Source: Eledone cirrhosa (lineage: Eukaryota). From it: 64,000 nucleotides of DNA. The notes under the pieces were generated by a model. That model was not told the DNA's origin. It saw only the letters and a list, made by a program, of their open reading frames with translations, and searched no databases. The stretch is from positions 31,062,001 to 31,126,000 of the forward strand of contig OZ024753.1 in the NCBI GenBank assembly GCA_964016885.1, given 5' to 3'. A program made the translations under genes and the position numbers. Each line of letters begins with the position of its first letter. The stretch's first letter is position 1. Of the stretch, positions 49,932-62,641 are shown piece by piece.

Positions 49932-50030
49932 ATATATACATATATAGTATTAAGGATACTATTTATGGTTATGTATATACTAAAACTTTTTATAGTTATA
50001 TATATTTTAAACCCTAAACAGTGAAAGACA

Positions 50031-51580
50031 AAAATATGTAAGCGGGCCTTAGCAACTCCACTGAAGATGCTCTTCAGAAGCTCCTTGGCTAGCGGTGTAC
50101 TACCCAGGGAGCTGAAAGAAGGCACAATATGCCCTATCCATAAAGGAGGTAGTAGAGCGGAGGCCAAGAACTATAGGCCAGTCTCCCTGACGTCGCATAT
50201 CAGTAAGGTCATGGAGCGAGTCATCAGAAAGAAACTAATCACTTTCCTCGAAGAAAATGACCGCCTGACTAGCACGCAACATGGCTTCCGCCCAGGAAGA
50301 AGCTGCCTTACACAGCTGCTACATCACTACGACTGGGTACTGAGACAACTACTAGACAGCTCACATGTGGACGTGATATATCTTTGACTTTGCGAAGGCC
50401 TTTGACAAGGTCGACCACGGAATGATATGTCACAAACTACACGGACTCGGCATAACTGGAAAAGTAGGTGAGTGGCTGCATGGCTTCCTAAGGGACAGAA
50501 GCCAGGCAGTCGCAGCAAATGGGGCCCTCTCAAAGGAAACACCAATAACAAGTGGGGTGCCCCAGGAGACAGTCCTGGGACCACTACTGTTTTTGGTGGC
50601 TCTCTCGGACATGCCCTCTGTGGTGCATGCAACAACATCCCTCACTAGCTATGCTGATGACACTAAGGTAGCACAGGCAATCAAAAACCCGGCTGACGCT
50701 GCCCTTTTACAGCAGGATCTGGATGCCATATACAGATGGGCGGAAGAAAACAACATGCAGTTTAATGCTGGCAAATTCCAAGCCCTACAATACAAACCTG
50801 CAAACACAAATATAGTGGAACACAGCTACACTGTGCATAGACATGAGCGATGATGCATCTTTTTCTTCACACATCATGAAGGTGGCGACAACATGTAGAC
50901 GATTCGCTGGCTGGATCTTGAGGACTTTGCTTACAAGAGATCGAGACACCATGTTGACACTGTGGAGGACTTTTGTCCTAAGCCGCCTGGACTACTGCTC
51001 CCAGCTGTGGTCACCCCATAGTGTCAAACTAACCACGGAGCTTGAGGCAATCCAGCGAAGCTACACCAAGATTGCCAAGATGAGGGAGACAAGCTACTGG
51101 GAGAGGCTGAAGGAACTGAACCTCTACTCCTTGGAGCGAAGACGGGAGAGATACGCAGTGATCTACATGTGGAAAATCCTGGAGGGACTAGCACCAAACT
51201 TTGGCATTGGGAGCTTGACCAACCGCCGAACAGGACGTCACTGTGTGGTGGCAAAGGTCCCGTCTTCCACATCTAGAATAAGGAGCAGGTATTGCAATAG
51301 CCTGGGATTCAAGGGCCCTCAACTCTTCAACAGGCTGCCGAGGCATCTGAGAGACTTGCATGACGTGGAGGTGGATGTCTTTAAGAAACATTTCGACGCC
51401 TTGTTATCCAGGATCCTGGATGAGCCCACAGCAAGACATGAGGGAAACCTAAGGGCAGCAGCAACAAACTCCCTCCTACACCAGTGGCCAACCTATACAG
51501 GTTGGAGATAAAATGTGTAGCAACAAGGGCGGTGCCCCAGCATGGCCTCAGCCGGATGGCTGAAACAGGTAAAAGAGTAA
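50031..51580 (+). mobile_element. 5'-truncated CR1-group LINE, frameshifted RT and 3' end
   Basis: NYRPVSLTS, QHGFRPGRSCLTQL, VDVIYL/DFAKAFDKV, SGVPQETVLGPLLF, YADDTK, RLDYCSQLWSP and LYSLERRRER. Flanked by (TA)n. Confidence 0.95.
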
Positions 51581-51949
51581 TGTATATATATATATATATA
51601 TATAATGTATAAATATATATATATAATGTATGTATATATATAATATATATAATATACATTACATATATATAATATATATAATGTATATTTATAATATATA
51701 TAATGTATATATATAATATATATAATGTATATATATATATAATATATATAATGTCTATATATATATATATAATATATATAATGTATATATATATATAATA
51801 TATATAATGTATATTTATATATATAATATATATAATGTATATATATTATATATATAATGTATATATATATAATATATATAATGTATATATATATATAATA
51901 TATATAATATATATATATTATATAAAATGTATATATAATATATATAATG

Positions 51950-51996
<47 letters not shown>

Positions 51997-52927
51997 ATAT
52001 ATATAATGTATATATATATATATAATATATATAATGTATATATATAATATATATAATGTATATATATATATACATTAAATATAATGTATATATATATATA
52101 TATAATATATATAATGTATATATATATATACATTAAATATAATGTATATATATATATATATAATATATATAATGTATATATATATATACATAATATATAT
52201 AATGTATATATATATATAATATATATAATATATATATATATAATATATATAATGTATATATATATATATATAATGTATATATATATATATATATATATAA
52301 TGTATCTATATATATAAAGTATATATATATAATATATATAATGTATATATATATAATATATATAATGTATATATATATAATATATATAATGTATATATAT
52401 ATATATAATATATATAATGTATATATATATAATATATATAATGTATATATATATATAATATATATAATGTATATATATATATATAATATATATAATGTAT
52501 ATATATATAATATATATAATGTATATATATATAATATATATAATGTATATATATATATAATATATATAATGTATATATATATATAATATATAATGTATAT
52601 ATATATATATATATACATACATATATATATATGTATATGTATATACATACATATATATATATATATGTATATATATATACATACATATATATAAATATGT
52701 ATATATATATGTATATATATATACATACATATATATAAATATGTATATATATATATATATGTACATATATACATATATATATATGTATATATATAGAGAG
52801 ATAGAATGTATATATATACATACATATACATATATATGTATATATATACATATTAAATATACATACATATATATATACACATATATATATATATACATAT
52901 TAAATATACATACATATATATATACAC

Positions 52928-52981
<54 letters not shown>

Positions 52982-53006
52982 ATATATATATATATATTTT
53001 TTTTTC

Positions 53007-53441
53007 TAGGGCGGTAAAATTCCCGAGATCTATGGACGAGTTCTCTCCAGCGGTCTCTGTCCCTCATTATCGCTGCCATATCCTGCGTCTCTAACAGACC
53101 AGTGTCTGTCCCTAGGGCATCAACATACGTTAACCTTCCACTGTGTACATGTAGGGGCTCCCACAGGAGCACTGAGTGCAATGTCAACTCTGGATGCCGG
53201 TGAGCATGTCCAGCTAACCTCAGTCTCCTCTGTGTCACCTTTGAGGTGACTTTTGGGAGGCTCCCATACAGCTCTGAGTTTTTCATCCTCAGTGTATACT
53301 GATTAATGTTCAGAGCCATGCTCAGCATTCTCGTGTAGCACCCATCCACGATCTGAGTGAGTTTCTTCGTCAGTGTTCAAGTTTCAGACCCGTACAGCAG
53401 CACTGACTCCACGAAGTAATGAAGAGGCGGATTTTCAGGTC
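53007..53441 (-). mobile_element. RTE LINE 3' fragment
   Basis: DGCYTRMLSMALNI...ELYGSLPKVTSKVTQRRLRLAGHAHRHPE. Same family as the copies at 19.4, 24.7 and 30.0 kb. Confidence 0.9.
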
Positions 53442-53442
53442 T

Positions 53443-53492
<50 letters not shown>

Positions 53493-53989
53493 ATACTTGG
53501 AGAGAGTCATATTTGTGAAATAATATTGCCAGAATTAATAACAGAACACACTCACTGTTTGTTTGGTTTTCGCTTCTGTGCCTTTTATATCGGTTAATTT
53601 AATTTATTCGGTCCTCAATATTACTATTGTCTGACCAACGGTCAAAAATACAAATACAATATAGACACAAACACATATATATTGTCTAACAAAGTTCTTT
53701 CGTTGCACATATGCAACACCATCAGTGGTGCTATTATGTTGACACCTGTTGTATTGTATGCCTACGCCATCTTTATTTAGTCTGTTTATTTATTTATTTA
53801 TTTATTTTTTTGTCTTCTCTGCGCATGCGTTTGCGTGTGTGTATAGTGTTTGATGTGTATTCGTGTTTGGGTGACTGTGTATTGGTTATTGTATTCTATC
53901 TTAGTTTACTAGTGGGCGTTTATATGTGTTTGTTGTTATTGTGCTTGTTTATGTATTTATTTATTTATTTATACTTCTCTTAGGTCAGT

Positions 53990-54187
53990 ATTGTTTATTT
54001 GGGTGTTGTTATTCCATTCATTTGTTCTGTTTTGCTTTGGCCTTCTAAGTTCTATTTCGCTGGCCTCTCTGAGTTGCCTATCTGCTGGGTCATTTCTATG
54101 TTTAGATATTATTCGAATTTCTATGTTGTCTATGTTACCGTCGTGTTGTTGTCTGGCATGTTCGTATATTACTGAAAAACCTCGCAA
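53990..54187 (-). pseudogene. PLE GIY-YIG endonuclease C-terminal fragment
   Basis: [53 protein letters not shown] fits the S...EH...H...R...EA..I....P..N pattern of PLE endonucleases. Confidence 0.7.
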
Positions 54188-54189
54188 AA

Positions 54190-54234
<45 letters not shown>

Positions 54235-54238
54235 TCTA

Positions 54239-54299
<61 letters not shown>

Positions 54300-54358
54300 T
54301 CTATATATGTATATATATGTATATATATACATATATATATATATACATTCTATATATG

Positions 54359-54397
<39 letters not shown>

Positions 54398-54494
54398 TCT
54401 ATATATGTATGTATATATATATATCTATATATATATATATACATTCTATATATGTATGTATATATATATATATATATATACATACATATATAGA

Positions 54495-54562
<68 letters not shown>

Positions 54563-54566
<4 letters not shown>

Positions 54567-54895
54567 AAAGAGAAAACACAGGTAAGCATTAAGAGAAGGA
54601 TTTTATCCAGGTATTTACGACCGTTTCATTGGTAAGTGCAACCTTATATTGCTATACTGCAAATAGCAGCCACTCAATTATAATAGTTGTTCACAAATGT
54701 TTTTCTCTATATATTGAGAACTATTTCAAGAGTAACTTACTCACTATTTTGAAAATTTGGACTGTGAACAACAATTATAATTGAGTGGCTGCTATTTGCA
54801 GGATAGCAATATAAGGTTGCACTTTCCAATGAAACGGTCTTAAATACCTGGATAAAATCCTTCTCTTAATGCTTACCTGTGTTTTCTCTTTTATA
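54563..54895. mobile_element. Fold-back PLE terminal repeat (~130-bp arms)
   Basis: 54563-54694 is the reverse complement of 54763-54895. The right arm holds tccaatGAAACgGTC. Confidence 0.75.
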
Positions 54896-55106
54896 CTTTA
54901 TACTTTATACTCCAAGATTGAACGGAATTCTTACAAACTTGTGGAGTTTCCCCTAACCGTACGTTGAAACCATCCATGAAACTGGCTTTCTTAACAACGA
55001 ACTGGATCACAATAAGCAATTTTCTGCTTCCCTAACTATATATATATATATATATTCTATATATGTATGTATGTATATATATATATATATACACATTCTA
55101 TATATG

Positions 55107-55167
<61 letters not shown>

Positions 55168-55389
55168 TCTATATATGTATGTATATATATACATGTATAT
55201 ATATACATGTATATATATACATATATATATATATATATACATTCTATATATGTATGTATATATATACATGTATATATATACATATATATATATATATATA
55301 CATTCTATATATGTATGTATATATATACATGTATATATATATATACATACATATATAGAATGTATATATATATATATATACATATATAA

Positions 55390-55455
<66 letters not shown>

Positions 55456-55531
55456 TCTATATATGTATGTATGTATATATATATATATATATATATACAT
55501 TCTATATATGTATGTATATATATATATATAT

Positions 55532-55564
<33 letters not shown>

Positions 55565-55569
55565 CATTC

Positions 55570-55615
<46 letters not shown>

Positions 55616-56002
55616 TATTTATATATATATACATACATTCTATATATATGTGTATATAGATAACCTTTTATATATACTTAAATGCATTTCTTTGCCACCC
55701 CACCTTGTTTCACATTTATCCGGGTTTAATACCTCTGGGTGGTATCTTGGGTAAACGTCATTTACCTTATCCTCAGGTCAAACCATGCCCTGTGAAATTG
55801 GGTAGATAAAAATTATTTGGAAGTTCGTCTGAAGGACAGTACCGGTGAATCAACGAGCCAGCCATGACGCCCACTGTCACGAATCTCCTTTAGCATTTCG
55901 GTTAAATGATACCCTTGTCGGTGGAATGCTCAACCACATACACGTTAACTTCAGGAGTAGGCTGTTCCGTTGATTGAACAACCGGAGCACTGCCCTCTGC
56001 GC

Positions 56003-56086
<84 letters not shown>

Positions 56087-56219
56087 CTCGCATAACAAAA
56101 TAAGATGTAACCTCAGAATCTTATTTTGTTATTTTTATAAAAATCTCCATCGTAACTAAAAACTACGATTGTTGAGAGCTTTCTCCTGCTAGCCCCTGTT
56201 TTTAACAAAACAATCCCTT

Positions 56220-56301
<82 letters not shown>

Positions 56302-56305
<4 letters not shown>

Positions 56306-57130
56306 GCTGACAATCAGCCTAAAAAAGACAGTGATGATGTACCGCCATGCACCCAGAAAGCAATATATTCAGCCATCTATATCTGTCAAAGGGAAAATAT
56401 TGAAGGCTGTGTATAAGTTCCTCTTTCTGGGTAGTACTCTCTTCAGAACCACCAGCCTTGATGAAAAGGTAAGCTACCGGTTGTTTAATGCTACCGATGC
56501 TTTTGGTAACCTTGAGTTGTACTTGTGCCCACAGTCAGATATCAGAGTGTGTACAAAAGTTGAAGTGTATCAGGCATGTGTTTTTTACACCCTTGCTCTA
56601 TGGATGTGAGACATGGACAACATACTGTGGGCATACCCAGTGGCTTGAGCTTGCGCTCCATCCTCAAGATCTCCGTCCTCAAGACACTGATATGCTTCAG
56701 CGGGCCTGTCTGCCAAACATCAAGATCATAATCATGAAACAGTCTCTCTTGTGGTCAGGTTACCTAGGACGTACAGAGGACAGCAGACCCCCATCAAACA
56801 AGTATTGTATGGAGAACTGTTGCAAGTACAAGACAAATGCCTGCAGTGTAAGCCAAACAAACGCTATAAAGACTACCTGAAAGATACCCTGAAAAAGCTC
56901 AACATTAACACTAAAATATAGAGCTCAGTAGCTAAATCTGATTGCCACCGGTGTTAAGGAATTTGAAAAGAAGATGAGGGCCGAGGTTGAAGAGAAGCAA
57001 GCAGCTAAGTATGTGTAGGATGTTAGTCCACTCCCAGAGAAGGGTTTAAAAAAGACTCTTACCTCTGAGGGATGTGGACATTTATTTATGTTAAAGGCTG
57101 GACTACTATGCCATAGCAGATATCACACAC
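56302..57130 (+). mobile_element. RTE (BovB-like) LINE relic
   Basis: [40 protein letters not shown] and KQVLYGEL motifs, with frameshifts. Confidence 0.85.
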
Positions 57131-57882
57131 ATGAAAATAACTCCTTTCAGTACCCCCATACACCTTGAATGTAACCCTGCACGTGGGCCAACGCAGCACC
57201 CCGAAGCATACCATTCCAATCCAATTCAAGCAGGCGGGAAACATACCAGCACTCTGGCAAATTAATAAGCGGAGGGTAGAGACGATTATTGAAGACCTGA
57301 GAGTACGTGAATTATTGACGAGCGTAAGAATGAAAACTTAATACCAAAGTAGAGTTTAAATATTTATTTATTATGGCTAAGCCTTGTTACTCTGGAGTCT
57401 CACCTGCGTACTCACCCACCCGGCATGACTGGTGATCCTGTGAGAGTGCAGGTGAAAGTTTAGAGCGACAAAGCTCACCGATAGCCATATATTAATTATA
57501 TTTCCTCCCCACACTAACAAAACACGCATCTATTTGGATATGCGCTACAATTTATGTACATGTTATATTTATCGCATATCGAAGTTTTCTGACCATTTAA
57601 GATTGCAAAGAATTAAACTAATCACTATAACTAAATTGCCCCCCCATTCAGAAATGCTGCCACCGTCCCTGATATATATATATATAATATATATACATAT
57701 ATATATATATATATAATATATATACATAATATATATACATATATTATATATATTATATATATATATATATATATAATTTATATATATATATATATGGTAA
57801 ACAGAAATAACAACGTAATCGATGCAGTATATGGAAGGAATATATTAGTTTAACGCTTGAAATGGCAGGAAGAGGGATACTA

Positions 57883-57916
57883 CTTAACGTTTCGGATACT
57901 ACTCCTTCATCAGAAG
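57883..57916 (-). ncRNA. Minimal type I hammerhead ribozyme
   Basis: Minus strand reads ctt-CTGATGA-agga gtagta tcc-GAAAC GTT-aag. Loopless palindromic stem III (aacgtt). Confidence 0.65.
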
Positions 57917-58029
57917 AATGAATAAGAAATTAGAAAGATTGAAGGGACGGGCAGGGTGGGGCGCAATCTAAAAAAATGTTTTTAGAGAAAAATAACCGGT
58001 TCATGTTACTATACCTTATATACATCCAT

Positions 58030-58460
58030 ATAATATTAGGTATAAATCGAAGTAATTCTAACGGAAATACTGGAACTGTATTGGTATATGTGTGTAAGGA
58101 AAATATGAAAATACATTCTTGACAGGTGCAATCTGTCCGAACACGGAAGAGCCGAACTCCCACCGTCATCACCCCCATCTCTCTCGCCCTCCCCATCTCT
58201 CTGTATAGTGAGCAAATGGGGTTCTACGTGCTGGCCGCCCAACAGTCCCGGTGGACAGAATGGAGAAGGCATTTCCCCGGACGGAGGATGGTAATTGAGA
58301 TGCGCTGGAAGAGCCATTCCAGCTCGCGAGACTCACACATGCGGCTGGCCAGCTCGGCGCCTATGGTGGTGAATAGGGAGGTAGCCCTAGGGCCAAGGCC
58401 ACCAGAAGTCTCCTCTGCCAAAGGCACGACCGCAAACCTGTCGGAGAGGGACCGGTAAAT
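58030..58460 (-). mobile_element. CRE-like LINE 3' end (restriction-like endonuclease)
   Basis: YRSLSDRFAVVPLAEETSGGLGPRATSLFTTIGAELASRMCESRELEWLFQRISITILR matches the F.P.A.ET.G..G...QR.S C-terminus. Confidence 0.75.
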
Positions 58461-58589
58461 CGAAGTTATAGCTGCCATATAGCAGGTACTATTCGAGTTG
58501 TTGGAAGTTATATACATGGCTGTCACAGATTTTGGTACAAGGGATCCCAAAACATTAATATGCTGTAAGAAACATGAACGATCTCAATG

Positions 58590-58815
58590 TTGAGCTGGTG
58601 GGTGGAGACGTAGATGTTTTTAAGAAGCATCTCGACATTCTGAGGTCTAAGGTACCCGATGGTCCGTCCCACAGCACGCCAAGTAGCACAAATGAGGGCG
58701 GCAGTATTAAAATCCCTCATGCATAACTGGCCAACCAGGGAATGACGGCTTTAGAATATGTAGCAGCAATGACAGTGTGCGAGCACGTCGGGTGGAACAG
58801 GTCATAGATAAAAGG
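58590..58815 (+). mobile_element. CR1-group LINE 3' relic
   Basis: DVDVFKKHLDILRSKVPD..MRAAV is homologous to 51365-51480. Confidence 0.7.
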
Positions 58816-58867
<52 letters not shown>

Positions 58868-58988
58868 ATTCACACATACTCTTATATAAATATTTGTGAT
58901 CAATGGTTCTATTTTTAGCTTCACTGTACTGCTATATAGGCTTTTTATAGTTAGTGAATTAGTGCCTGGAGACATAGGTGGAACTTAG

Positions 58989-59033
<45 letters not shown>

Positions 59034-59100
59034 GACCTTCCTACCAACCTACATACCATCCTACATTCACACATATATATATATATATACACACACTCAC

Positions 59101-59135
<35 letters not shown>

Positions 59136-59146
59136 TACCTACCTTC

Positions 59147-59194
<48 letters not shown>

Positions 59195-59487
59195 CTACCT
59201 TCCTACAAACCTACATACCTTCACACATACATACATACAATCATCCACACACACACACACATACAATCATATATATATATACATATATACATACACACCT
59301 TCCTGCATACATAAAATGTTCTATTGACTATGAACACGAGCTATATCTTTTCAATTTAATGTGCTCGTTTCTTTAACCTAACATATACACCCTCCTGAAA
59401 TAGATCGTCTTGCTTCGTTCACAGTAAAAATTATGCATTCTATATAACTACATACATATCAGAGTATTGGCGAAGTTAAACACCTCA

Positions 59488-59903
59488 ACAACATGTGTAC
59501 CCGTCTCTACCACACCAATTCGGATTGCCTGAAGAGGTCACAGCCAAAGATGGCTGTCACCGAAATATAACAACATGTGTACTCGTCTCTACCACACCAA
59601 TTCGGACTGCCTGAAGAGGTTACAGCCAAAGATGGCTGTCACCGAAATATGACAACATGTGTACCCGTCTCTACCACACCAATTCGGACTGCCTGAAGAG
59701 GTCACAGCCAAAGATGGCTGTCACCGGAATATAACATGTGTACCCGTCTCTACCACACCAATTCGGATTGCCTGAAGAGGTCACAGCCAAAGATGGCTGT
59801 CACTGAAATATAACAACATATGTACCCGTCTCTACCACACCAATTCGGACTGCCTGAAGAGGTCACAGCAAAAGATGGCTGTCACCGAAATATATATAGC
59901 AGT
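59488..59903 (+). repeat. 82-bp tandem array (5 units) of hammerhead cores; last unit complete
   Basis: Each unit has CTGAAGA-ggtcacagcc aaagat ggctgtcacc-GAAAtat (one unit reads GGAA). The last unit, 59849-59903, reads actgc-CTGAAGA...GAAA tatata TA-gcagt. Confidence 0.85.
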
Positions 59904-60098
59904 AATAAACGAAGCCAAATTTTAAATATTTTACTTATTTATTTTATTTTACATTACTCCGGAGTAACCAAACCAACCTGCGCACTTCGTCGAGTGCTCC
60001 TATCTGCATACTGAGGTGTCGGTAAACAACCAACATACACTCCAAATTTGCCTACATACATAGATATATAAATATCCTAGACCTAAACATACACACAC

Positions 60099-60150
<52 letters not shown>

Positions 60151-60190
60151 AAGCAGCGATTCTTTGCTTAAACTTTAATCTGTTATTTTA

Positions 60191-60231
<41 letters not shown>

Positions 60232-60559
60232 CACAGAATCTAAGGACGATTTATTAAATAAAAGACAGGAATTGATTATAGTTTGTAATCACCGTATACG
60301 AAAAACATTTAAATACTATAAACCTAATTAAATACTATAAACCTAATTAAATATTCTGAATAGCAACTCACTATAATTCCATATAGAATAACATTTATTA
60401 GTACCTCTTTCCCCTAATTATATGCATTCATACTTATTTTTGCCTTTTAATGTTTTAGCTTCCTTAGATTTATGCGTTAATGACTAAAGACAACAAAGTA
60501 CACAGCCACCCGTAATTGCATGAGTAAATAAATATCTATGTATGATATGGAAATATATT

Positions 60560-60592
<33 letters not shown>

Positions 60593-61496
60593 GTGGGTAT
60601 AGATGTGTATCTGTGGATATAGATATGTATGGATATATATGTATATGATTATATACATACGTATACATGAGTATTTAGGTTTGTAACTATTTGTACGTAT
60701 GTATAATTTTGGTTGGCTATCAATATAACTGTACCTCTCTCTATAGTTAGTGTGGATATATACACTTTGTAATCTATGAAATTTATGTGTTTTAACTATG
60801 CCAACATGTATTTATCTGAGTTTGATTATTTATGCATAAACATACTTGAAAGTATTTTGGAGCGTATCATATGCTATATTATACTAAGTGCAATTTACCA
60901 CACCGTACTATATTGTGTTGGTTAAGTTGTATATTATCGCCTTACTGTATTTCATTATCTTATTATAATTTTCATCTTTTAATATACTATCTTTCCTAGC
61001 CATAATCTTAATTTATATTCACCTTCAAACTCAATACAACACTAATCAACTTTTATTTTGACATTCCTTTTAAATTCACTATACCAGATACATTCAACTA
61101 TCAGTTTGACAAACCCTTTCCTCCTAATAGATTTTTATGCCAATTCTACTATAAACAGCCTTCAACCATTCCTTTGAAAGGGTCATGACCTCAACTAAAG
61201 TGTATTACTTTTTATCTTAACACCATATGAAAAAAACAATTTGATTCGTTAGTTCTTGAACCACCTCCAAATAAGGACATGATACTAACATACTACTAAT
61301 TCTGAAAAAAATTATTATTGCTTCTGAAAACAGCTGGTGATATGCATATAAGTAAATATTCTCTTTATCTGATAGTTTGTAAACTTACATAGACCAGTAA
61401 CTGAGTATAGCTACAATGTATTATCATCATCTAGAAACGATCGTAAAGCAGTGAAGTATATCTCTAATGACTTAATTTTTTATTTCATTGTTTTAA

Positions 61497-61562
<66 letters not shown>

Positions 61563-61652
61563 TATATGCAAAGAGATATTTCATTTGTTGGTTATTCAAC
61601 AAATTTATTTATAACAGATTCGAAGCACTCTACAGTTTTTCCGGAGTATAAA

Positions 61653-61938
61653 ATCAATGATATTAATAAATGGAAACTATCTTTATAAAACCATATTTAT
61701 TCTATTATATATATTTCAAGGGTACCAACATTTTGGTACGCTCTAATCAGATAAAATACAAAAGTAGTTTCATAAACTGAACTTAAAACGATCAGTTCTT
61801 GTTTTGGATATGTCAATATTTATAAAACTACTTTTGTATTTTATCTGATGAGAGCGTACCAAAATTTTGGTACCCTTCAAATATATATAATAAAGTAAAT
61901 ATGGTTTTATAAAGATAGTTTCCATTTATTAATATCAT

Positions 61939-61942
<4 letters not shown>
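61653..61942. mobile_element. Inverted pair of family-B HHR terminal repeats
   Basis: 61653-61776 is the reverse complement of 61819-61942. Each arm has an HHR with a different core mutation. Confidence 0.8.
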
Positions 61943-61990
<48 letters not shown>

Positions 61991-62223
61991 TATTTTCTCT
62001 GTCTTAATTTTCCCTATTTTTTTGTTCATTTTTCTCTTTGAATCTCCCCCTCATCTTTCCTTGTTCTCTTTTCAATGAAGGACTAGTCTCCAAAATATCT
62101 CTCTTATAATTTATTATAAGCATTATACTAATATTCGTTTATCGTAATGTATTGTTCTCTGGTGTGTTTGTTTTCATCCCTTTGATCTGAATTTTACCAA
62201 CACACACACACACACACACATAC

Positions 62224-62316
<93 letters not shown>

Positions 62317-62473
62317 TTCTTTACATACATTTCTTCCTTTTCTCCGTCTTTCTTTCTAACTGTGCTTAACACTAAATATTTATAAACATCTCACTACCAA
62401 ACCAACTTCTTACATGGAAGTTGATCAATATTTATGGTACGTCAAATTTATTTATAAAACTGCTTATATATTG

Positions 62474-62539
62474 TATTTTATCTGAAGAAGGCATGTCATA
62501 TTTTTAATATGATATCCCTGAAATATGTATAATGAAATA
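62474..62539 (+). ncRNA. Type I hammerhead ribozyme (family B)
   Basis: tattttat-CTGAAGA-aggcatgtcatatt ttt aatatgatatccct-GAAA tatgta TA-atgaaata. Confidence 0.75.
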
Positions 62540-62579
62540 AATATGGTTTTATAAATATAGTTTCCATTTGTTTAATATC

Positions 62580-62633
<54 letters not shown>

Positions 62634-62641
<8 letters not shown>

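Noticed and set aside
50067-51511. Functional reverse transcriptase gene
   Set aside because: It is 5'-truncated, has no endonuclease, carries at least two frameshifts and a deletion, and has PQG changed to PQE.
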